This document shows, in pieces, positions 56,947 through 64,000 of a stretch of 64,000 nt of DNA. The stretch's first letter is position 1. Each line of letters opens with the position of its first letter. The stretch comes from Thermoprotei archaeon (GTDB lineage: Archaea; Thermoproteota; Thermoprotei; Thermoproteales; B15-G16). The DNA is taken from positions 1 through 64,000 of the forward strand of contig QMRC01000002.1 of NCBI GenBank assembly GCA_003649205.1. Direction: 5' to 3'. The position numbers and the translations under genes were made by a program. The notes below the pieces were generated by a model. The model did no database searches, had not been told where the DNA came from, and saw only the letters and a list, made by a program, of their open reading frames with translations.

Positions 56947-57297
56947 GTGTATACAGTGTATTGAGGACCTTAAATACTTTACGCGCTACTGAAATATTGA
57001 CCTAAAAATTTATTTAGTGTTTAGACAAGTAAGGAATCGACGTCTAGGTGATTACTCGATGGATCAACGTAGCGTATTCGGCACTGACTTGAACTTAGGT
57101 AAGGAACTCAAACTTCTGGATTACAGATACAACACCGCCAAGAGGAACTGTGATAGAGTCATAAGATGTGATGTTGAGGACTGCATAGTTGAGAAAACCT
57201 CCTAACAACGCTACCCCTGAAACGTAGCTAACTACCACACTGCAGCCATGGAAAAAGTGAGGTTTAAGTCTCGAGTAGAGTGTAGTCTTGAGCAGAT

Positions 57298-57768
57298 ATG
57301 TCTAGTATAGCGGACTTAGTTAGTAACTACGTACGGTACGTAGTGCTCGAAACGTACGCACACGCTACTGAGAGCTTAGATAAGGTTAAGCAAGCATTCA
57401 TCAACGTACTTCCTGAAGAACTAAGGTCTAGAGTACCCATCGTCTACGAGGTACAGGAAGGACACTACGGTAATATAGTGATCATAGTAAGAACCTTCAT
57501 AGATAGGAAGGACTACATAACGATGCTCATAGAGTACCTATCTAAGTCCATGAGCAGTACCGACAAGAACCAGCTAGGTAGTAGCCTCCGGATAAGAGTT
57601 GATGCTGCTGGTAACCTATACCTGAGATTTGATAAGCAATTAGCCTATCGTGGTATTGTGAAGTTATGTGATGGTGATGACGTTATCAAGATCAAGATCT
57701 CGTTCAATCTTAGAGCTAAGAAGTATGGTATTGATAAGCTCTGTAAGGAGTTGGGACTAATTGAGTAG
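57298..57768 (+). CDS. DUF54-family RNA-binding protein (predicted exosome-associated)
   Basis: Motifs HATES..KV, EGHYGN, LYLRFDKQ and DGDDVIK. Confidence 0.88.
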   Translation: MSSIADLVSNYVRYVVLETYAHATESLDKVKQAFINVLPEELRSRVPIVYEVQEGHYGNIVIIVRTFIDRKDYITMLIEYLSKSMSSTDKNQLGSSLRIRVDAAGNLYLRFDKQLAYRGIVKLCDGDDVIKIKISFNLRAKKYGIDKLCKELGLIE

Positions 57769-58525
57769 GAGAAAATTCGTTGATATTGGTCTTAATCTAC
57801 GTAACTTCTCTGTTGACATACTTGAGAAACTACTGAGCTTCCTCAAAGGCCTAGGGTACAGTGGCTTCTCTACTAGGTTGATCGTTCAGTGTGGTGAGGA
57901 TTTGGGGAAGGTACTTGAGATTAGAGATGTACTGAGGAGCGTCAGTGAACGTGTTGGTCTTGAGTACATTTCGAGAGTAGATATTGTTTCGAATAGGAAG
58001 GGCTTCATTAAGCTGTGTTTGAGGAGTATTAGGAGATCATTTGAATTGGTTGCTATCGGTACCTCATCTCTTGAAGTTGCTAGATTCGCAGCTAGGGATA
58101 GGAGAGTAGATATCGTCTACTTCACTAGTGGTAGTAGGAGGCTTCTCGATGATGTTGAGTGTAGAATGCTTAGTGAAGGTGGTAAGCTACTTGAATTATC
58201 TCTCTCAAAGCTCTTGCTAGACATTAGTAAGTACTTCGCAACATATAGGTACGTCGTTGAGATGTGTAGTGAGTACGGTGTCAACATCGTATTTACTAGT
58301 GGAGCATCTTCAGTTCACGAGTTGAGAGCACCTAGGGAATTAGCTAGTGTATTAGTAGCTCTCGGTCTACCTGTGGAAAGAGCACTAGACGCTGTCTCAG
58401 ATATTGTGTGGAAAGTTGTTGAGGTTAATAGGAAGAAGTTGAGAGGTATTATCGTTGCTGAAGGGGTTGAGGTAGTTGGTAAGGAGAAGGAGGAGAAGGT
58501 ACGTAGTTCTGAAGGTACTGAGTAG
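57761..58525 (+). CDS. rnp3: RNase P protein Rpp30
   Basis: Motifs ARFAARDRRVDIV and FTSGASSVHELRAPREL, in the conserved DUF54-rnp3-rnp2 order. Confidence 0.9.
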   Translation: MSRRKFVDIGLNLRNFSVDILEKLLSFLKGLGYSGFSTRLIVQCGEDLGKVLEIRDVLRSVSERVGLEYISRVDIVSNRKGFIKLCLRSIRRSFELVAIGTSSLEVARFAARDRRVDIVYFTSGSRRLLDDVECRMLSEGGKLLELSLSKLLLDISKYFATYRYVVEMCSEYGVNIVFTSGASSVHELRAPRELASVLVALGLPVERALDAVSDIVWKVVEVNRKKLRGIIVAEGVEVVGKEKEEKVRSSEGTE

Positions 58526-58853
58526 TGAAGACATTCCACTTCAATTACTTGTTAATCACTTAGAGAGATTCCGTGAAAAGCTCTTTGGACTACTGTACTG
58601 TAGATGGGTAAACTTCAGAATAGTTTACGTAAATGAGAACGCTCGAACCCTAGTCATTCAAACCGATCACAGGTCTCTTCCCTTAGTTAGATTACTCACA
58701 TGCTTAGTGACTGAGGTTGAGAACTGCAAAGTACTGCTCTACTGTCTTAAGGTTACAGGTACTCTGCGTAAGGCGAAGGCACAGGCAGATAGTATGGGTA
58801 TTCAGGTGAAGTACATGGAGAATCTCTTTAGGGAACTACTACAAGCTATGTAG
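58476..58853 (+). CDS. rnp2: RNase P protein Pop5
   Basis: Motifs RRRRRYVV, LFG and VTGTLRKAK. Confidence 0.88.
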   Translation: MVRRRRRRYVVLKVLSSEDIPLQLLVNHLERFREKLFGLLYCRWVNFRIVYVNENARTLVIQTDHRSLPLVRLLTCLVTEVENCKVLLYCLKVTGTLRKAKAQADSMGIQVKYMENLFRELLQAM

Positions 58854-58924
58854 TACCTCTATCGTCCGTATCTTGTGTGTCAGTTATTTAACTCATTTGG
58901 TGCTCACATGAGATTGGTGTTGTA

Positions 58925-59743
58925 ATGAGCTTGAGGACTGAGCTTCTTACTAGGTCACTACCTAGAGTAACGTATGAGAAATTAGTGAGCTACCTCACGT
59001 TACTGTATAGGGTAGGTGGTAGAGCTAGGGTAATGGACTTAGTAGAGAGCGGTGTTGAGACCAAGGGTAGGGATGTAACGTTATTCTGTAAGAGAGTTGA
59101 ACTTATTGTTGGAGACGGGACAGGTTACGTCACATTAAGTCAATTCGGTAGGAAATTCATTGAGTTACTACAGGTAGATCAGAGAAAGGCGAAGTACTAC
59201 CTCCATAGGTACCTCTACGATAAGCTACCACACTATAGGCTATTTATTGATGTCGTTACAGAGCTAGGTGAAGCAACACGTGAAGAAATCCACAGAGTAC
59301 TCAACGATAAGGTTAAGGAGCTACTACCAGGCTCATGGATTAACAGGAACGCTATGACAGTGCTCATGGACCTAGCTAGGAAACTCGACGTTATTGAAGT
59401 TCAAGGAGGAAAGGTAAGACCTAGAGTACACGCACTAATTAACAAGCTCATTAACTCAATGAGCGAGAACGTAGTTGAGCACGAAGGCTACATCCTGGTG
59501 AGAACTGAAGACCTCTTAGCTAAGCTACAGGAGAACTTCAATCTCAGTGAAGAAAACCTAGCAAAAGTACTTCAGAAAACTATTGAGCGTAGTAGGGCTG
59601 ATGGGCTAGTGACGACAATACTAGCACCAACATCACATCCACTCATCTCACCAGAGATCTCAATTCTAAAGATACCACGTGATAAGCTACCTCAATTCAT
59701 GGACCTACTGATACAGGAGGTGATCACACTTGAGAAATCCTAA
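58925..59743 (+). CDS. Tandem winged-helix hypothetical protein
   Basis: wHTH-like segments (GYVTLSQFGRKF and LMDLARKLDVIEVQGGKV). Overlaps the next gene by 14 bp. Confidence 0.75.
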   Translation: MSLRTELLTRSLPRVTYEKLVSYLTLLYRVGGRARVMDLVESGVETKGRDVTLFCKRVELIVGDGTGYVTLSQFGRKFIELLQVDQRKAKYYLHRYLYDKLPHYRLFIDVVTELGEATREEIHRVLNDKVKELLPGSWINRNAMTVLMDLARKLDVIEVQGGKVRPRVHALINKLINSMSENVVEHEGYILVRTEDLLAKLQENFNLSEENLAKVLQKTIERSRADGLVTTILAPTSHPLISPEISILKIPRDKLPQFMDLLIQEVITLEKS

Positions 59744-62700
59744 CCTAGTAGATGCCTACACGATATTCGGCTTCCTCGATAGGCCATTTCACCCTGTTGG
59801 TTTGGTCCCCATTAGACGATTTCACAGAGCTGTTGGCTTAGGACCTGAACTCAGTAAGGTATTGAGTACCTTAGAGAGGTTTATAATCAGTAGAGAGAAC
59901 CTACTCTTCCTCGTAGTTGCTGAGTACGGTTGGGGTAAGAGTGAGCTACTTGACGAGATCGAGCACATAATCCACGAGATGTTTAGCGACAAGGTTGTGG
60001 TAGTTAGAGAGGTTCTCACACCCGAGCTAAAGCTACCTCTAGACAAGATCTGTAAGCTACGTGAGGAGACGAATAAGCACATCGTAGTGTTAGTAGATGA
60101 AGTTGATGAACTATCCAGATTAGCATCTGCTGTTCTACGCGAAGAGGAGATACCAGACTCAATTAGGAAGGCTTTTGTAGACTTCGGAACTAGTCTCAGA
60201 GCATTACTCGAACCGCGCGTATTCTCATCAGTACTCAGAGGTAAGGTCATAGACAAGGTACTACTCATTCTAGCCGTAACACCACAGCTAGCTACACTAC
60301 TCTCTAGGTGTGTACCAGATGTATTCACAGCTGTTAGAGGTAGGATATGTGGTGAAGTTAGGCTAGAGAAGTTCCTCTACTGGCAGCTAGAGGGCTTAGT
60401 CGTAACGAGGTTGATCTCGTACTCATCACCAGAAAGAAGGCAGTTAATCGAGAAGGGTAAGCTACATCCATACCACCCCTTCATTAGAGATGCACTACCA
60501 ACGCTGTACACACTAGCTAAGAGCATCGAAGTTAGAGAAACACCCTCACCGAGGCTCCTAGTTAAGCTACTCTCAGCACTAATGGATGAGGCAATACTCC
60601 ACTCAATACGAGAAGGTACTAAGGAATTGAGAACAATAGGTGTTGAAGACATAGTCGAAGTAATCTCTAAGTGCACTGAAGCAGGTGAGAAGATAGTAGA
60701 CAGAGAGTACTTGGAGGAGCTACTGAATGCAGTACAGAAACGTGAGGAGAAACTAGTACTCAAAATACTAGCACTCTCCGAAATACCACGAACACTAGAC
60801 TCAATAGAGTACGAGCTAAGAACTAGGTATGGAATCACCACAAATACCGAGCAAATAATCAACACATTAATTGCTAGAAACTTAGTGAGAAAACTGGCAG
60901 CAGTAAAAGTACCACTAAATCGGGAAGTACTAACAAAACTGAATAGACTAAGGCTAAAGTTTGGCCTACCACCAGTACCAACAACCATAGACAAACTCTC
61001 CATAGAGTATCCCAACTACGTAGCTAGATACGAAGGTACAGTCGAGAGAGAAACGAAGATCCTGATTGAGATCTACTTCCCACCACTTCCTGAAATACTC
61101 AGAGAACTACAGGAACAAAAGCTAGAGATCAACTACGTGTACACAGTTCCAGAGGAGATAAATGCCATAGTCTTCAGGAAGAAACTACCTAAACATCTAG
61201 AGGAGATCCGTAGGAAAATACATGAAGCAAGCGAAGAATTCACAGCACTACTAAAAGCACCAACAATAGACTCAGAACTCTACACAAGACTACACACAAT
61301 AGTTGTCAGCAAGATCGTGAACATAGCACCAAAAGGTACTCTGAGGTACGTAAAGACTAGCGACCTAGGGACAGTATCCGTAGACGATGTAAGAGAAGGA
61401 CTTAGAGTATGCTACGTAACAGTACTAATCAACGAGTACACACAAAAGTTCATAGACCTAGACAAACTACTTGAAGTACTGAGGAAGATCATTAGACAAG
61501 GCTTCATCAGCGGTTACGAAGGTAGGAAATACGTCAAATTACCTTTCGACGCTCTAGTACTAGTAGTAGTTAGCACCACAAGGACAACACAGGAAATACA
61601 GGAAGAAATCACTAAATTCCTTCAATCAACTAGGTGGAAGATCTTCGACCTAACATCAGATAACTTCGTACACATAGAGATCTACGGTAGAGACAAGCTA
61701 GATGAACTAAGGTACGCATACATAGGTGCTCACCTAGGTCTAGGAGATGTACCGGAGGAGTACAGGGTATTTACACAGGTAGCTCAAGAACTTAGATCGA
61801 GAGTAGCTGGCTCACTTCAGGAAGTACTTAGACGCTACATAGACCTAGGTCTCGTAGTAGGACTACGTCTAAAACCCGGTAGGAGTAAGGACATAGCACT
61901 TAGAGACATAGTTAGGAAGTGGATACTCAACGAGAAAATCACCGATCAACCACCAGTATTCTGTAGTGAAGATGGTACACCTAGAATATCACCAGTCGAG
62001 CTCACCCTCTACAGATACCTACAGTCTGCCCTTGGTGAAATGCCAATAAGCTGTGAAGTACTTACCGAGCTGATTAGATCAGCGTACCCAGTTAGATTGT
62101 GGAGGAACTTCAAGGAAGACGACCTAGTGAAAGCTATGAAGTTAAGAGGATTACTCATACCACAATCAATTGAGGAAAGAGCATACTACGTAATTGGCCC
62201 AAGTACAGTAAAGTACGCCATCAAGTACCTAAGGGCGAGAGTTAATGCAGCTAGAAACAAACTCAGACTAGAAACCACAGTCGTGATCACACATAGATTA
62301 CTAAGTAGAGAAATAGTGGTTAAAGTACCTGAAACAAGTACGAAGGTAAGAGAGCTAGAGATGAAGCTAAATGACATAGAGAACGAACTCAACATCTTAG
62401 AGGAAGTAGCAAACGCACTCAAGTCACCAGAGAGCATTTTAGAGGTATTCATAGTCAGATATGCAAAGCTAAACATGGAAATAGATGAGATATGCGAGAA
62501 ACTAGATGAAGTAGCTAAAGCACTAAGTGACGAGATCAGCAATGTCAAGATGGATGTCCTCAACTTCCTAACAACACTAGAAGCAAATCTATCAGATGTA
62601 TGGTCAGCAATAAACAAACTACCTGACACACTGAAGAACGAAGTCAACAAAGTAGTTACAGACTTTGTGAATGACATACTGAAGAGATTAACATCGTGCA

Positions 62701-63467
62701 AGATCTGGGACCTCGAATACCTAAAAGCAGTACTAACAACAATGAGAAAAGACATAGAGAACCTAAGGAACTACGTACAAGACTTCACCACGGCAGTGAT
62801 GAATCTCCTCGACTACACTAGAAACTACAGTGAAGCAATAGACGTACTAATCAAGATAACAGACAATACAGCACTCAAACAGGAGAGACTAAGCACAGAT
62901 GAGGTACTCACCGACATAGCTGAGGTAGTGAAGATACACGAGGTAAGCACCTGGAACAAGGTAATAGAGAAGATTAGAGAGTGGTGCACAGAACTACAGC
63001 AGAAAATAGCTGAAGTAGATAGAGAGGTTAGAGCTAGACTACTAAAGACAGAAGAAGAGTACCGAGTACTCACGAGAAAACTCGAGTGGATCAACCAACG
63101 AATACTCAAGACAAAGGTAAGTACAGAACTCAATACTCAACTACTGGAGAAAGTCAAGAAGATATGCAGGGAACTGAGCACAGAACCCAAATTACTACAC
63201 CTCTACACCTTCGATAGACCACTACTGTTCACAGAGCTAGAGAAGTTCAGAGAAGCCAGGGAAGTAGTGACGTCACTACTCCATGAACTAGCAAATACCT
63301 TGAAGACAAAAGTGGAGATCCTAGACTACATAGCGTCACTAGGATACAATAGAGGTATTGACGTACAGGAGTTGGTAAAGATCTCGAACTTAAGTGAAGG
63401 TGAGGTAGTTAAGGTACTTGAGAACCTAGCTAAACTAGGTATTGTCGAGAAGAAGTACGTGACCTAG
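59730..63467 (+). CDS. Large P-loop ATPase (AAA+/BrxD-DUF2791-like N-terminus) with internal wHTH, long coiled coil and C-terminal wHTH
   Basis: Walker A AEYGWGKS, Walker B VVLVDEVDE, LILAVTP, AVRGRI, YHPF...PSPRLL, heptads over roughly the last third, and terminal IDVQELVKISNLSEGEVVKVLENLAKLGIV. Confidence 0.82.
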   Translation: MRNPNLVDAYTIFGFLDRPFHPVGLVPIRRFHRAVGLGPELSKVLSTLERFIISRENLLFLVVAEYGWGKSELLDEIEHIIHEMFSDKVVVVREVLTPELKLPLDKICKLREETNKHIVVLVDEVDELSRLASAVLREEEIPDSIRKAFVDFGTSLRALLEPRVFSSVLRGKVIDKVLLILAVTPQLATLLSRCVPDVFTAVRGRICGEVRLEKFLYWQLEGLVVTRLISYSSPERRQLIEKGKLHPYHPFIRDALPTLYTLAKSIEVRETPSPRLLVKLLSALMDEAILHSIREGTKELRTIGVEDIVEVISKCTEAGEKIVDREYLEELLNAVQKREEKLVLKILALSEIPRTLDSIEYELRTRYGITTNTEQIINTLIARNLVRKLAAVKVPLNREVLTKLNRLRLKFGLPPVPTTIDKLSIEYPNYVARYEGTVERETKILIEIYFPPLPEILRELQEQKLEINYVYTVPEEINAIVFRKKLPKHLEEIRRKIHEASEEFTALLKAPTIDSELYTRLHTIVVSKIVNIAPKGTLRYVKTSDLGTVSVDDVREGLRVCYVTVLINEYTQKFIDLDKLLEVLRKIIRQGFISGYEGRKYVKLPFDALVLVVVSTTRTTQEIQEEITKFLQSTRWKIFDLTSDNFVHIEIYGRDKLDELRYAYIGAHLGLGDVPEEYRVFTQVAQELRSRVAGSLQEVLRRYIDLGLVVGLRLKPGRSKDIALRDIVRKWILNEKITDQPPVFCSEDGTPRISPVELTLYRYLQSALGEMPISCEVLTELIRSAYPVRLWRNFKEDDLVKAMKLRGLLIPQSIEERAYYVIGPSTVKYAIKYLRARVNAARNKLRLETTVVITHRLLSREIVVKVPETSTKVRELEMKLNDIENELNILEEVANALKSPESILEVFIVRYAKLNMEIDEICEKLDEVAKALSDEISNVKMDVLNFLTTLEANLSDVWSAINKLPDTLKNEVNKVVTDFVNDILKRLTSCKIWDLEYLKAVLTTMRKDIENLRNYVQDFTTAVMNLLDYTRNYSEAIDVLIKITDNTALKQERLSTDEVLTDIAEVVKIHEVSTWNKVIEKIREWCTELQQKIAEVDREVRARLLKTEEEYRVLTRKLEWINQRILKTKVSTELNTQLLEKVKKICRELSTEPKLLHLYTFDRPLLFTELEKFREAREVVTSLLHELANTLKTKVEILDYIASLGYNRGIDVQELVKISNLSEGEVVKVLENLAKLGIVEKKYVT

Positions 63468-63478
63468 GAGTGATGACC

Positions 63479-64000
63479 ATGTACATACTCCTAGCACCTA
63501 AATCCACAGCAACTACTAGAGCACGAGTACTCGCAGAAAAACTACAGAAGAAACTAGGAGTAAATGTAAAGATTAGCGAGAAACCAGTAGAGAACACAAA
63601 GCTCAATATAGTGCTACAAACATTTTGGAACTCAGAACTACTTGACCTAGTTAAGAAAGTGAGGTGTAGGTACCTCATAGTTGCTGATAGTGAAGATCTA
63701 CTGAAGGAATTTGGTATCCACAACTACGCCAGCAAACCAGCTATAGTAATGGTTAGAGGCTCTAGGAACTACACACTTAAAGCACACATCGGGACAAAAG
63801 CATTCAAGAACGGTATAGACCTGGTAGCGTCACCAGATGGTACACCGTATTCAATTCAGATAGGTACAGGATACCTAATAGCGATCAAGCCCTTTAAAGT
63901 AGATGAGAAGTTAGTAACTGAGAACTTCGTCGAAGATATTAAGCAGATAGTACAGGCACTAACTCACAATCATGAGAAGCAGAGAGACATCACTAAGATA
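63479..64000 (+). CDS. Hypothetical protein, 3'-truncated by the window edge (absent from the ORF track)
   Basis: GGAGTGA RBS at the stop of the ATPase. The frame is open from MYILLAPKSTATTRARVLAEKL to base 64000. Confidence 0.75.
   Translation, partial: MYILLAPKSTATTRARVLAEKLQKKLGVNVKISEKPVENTKLNIVLQTFWNSELLDLVKKVRCRYLIVADSEDLLKEFGIHNYASKPAIVMVRGSRNYTLKAHIGTKAFKNGIDLVASPDGTPYSIQIGTGYLIAIKPFKVDEKLVTENFVEDIKQIVQALTHNHEKQRDITKI

Noticed and set aside
56825-56990. TPP riboswitch upstream of thiDN
   Set aside because: No CUGAGA or GAACCUGAU...AGGGA core on either strand.
57017-57205. 62-aa ORF between thiDN and DUF54 (also 25105-25323 and 48360-48575)
   Set aside because: They are short, have no recognisable motif or clear RBS, and 48360-48575 overlaps an ncRNA candidate and a real gene.
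59730-63467. SMC/Rad50/ClsN/arcadin-4 assignment for the large coiled-coil ATPase
   Set aside because: Walker A and B are both in the N-terminal domain. There is no C-terminal LSGG signature/Walker B half and no evident hinge or hook.
1-64000. CRISPR array, cas genes, rRNA, intact transposase
   Set aside because: No regularly spaced 24-40-nt direct repeats, no cas or transposase motifs and no long rRNA-like GC-rich tract were seen.

Overview
The window is 64 kb of a crenarchaeal (Thermoproteota-like) hyperthermophile chromosome. This assignment is an inference from the GGAGGTGA-type ribosome-binding sites, TATA promoters, CCA-encoded intron-less tRNAs, many C/D-box sRNAs and archaeal lipid and RNase P genes. 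Positions 1-10.6 kb hold a type IV pilus/Tad-like locus: a large 5'-truncated surface protein, several pilin-like proteins, a divergent secretion ATPase, a platform protein and a MinD-like ATPase, interrupted by an ArsB/NhaD transporter. Positions 10.8-16.7 kb are housekeeping and ion-channel genes. Positions 16.8-26.8 kb form an accessory, partly decayed region ending at tRNA-Pro. Positions 27-58.9 kb are mostly core genes, including tRNA-Gly, the tetraether lipid synthase tes next to a Grs/Gms-like radical SAM gene, thiDN and RNase P proteins, plus a decayed tyrosine integrase. The window ends in an uncharacterised operon: a tandem-wHTH protein, a 1245-aa AAA+/wHTH/coiled-coil/wHTH protein and a third ORF. 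The intergenic spaces carry much that the ORF track misses: about 11 C/D guide RNAs (including a four-member cluster), two H/ACA-like K-turn RNAs, a 110-bp near-perfect palindrome and a 105-nt GC-rich K-turn RNA. No CRISPR array or rRNA was seen. All calls come from motif recognition by eye, and no database searches were run.
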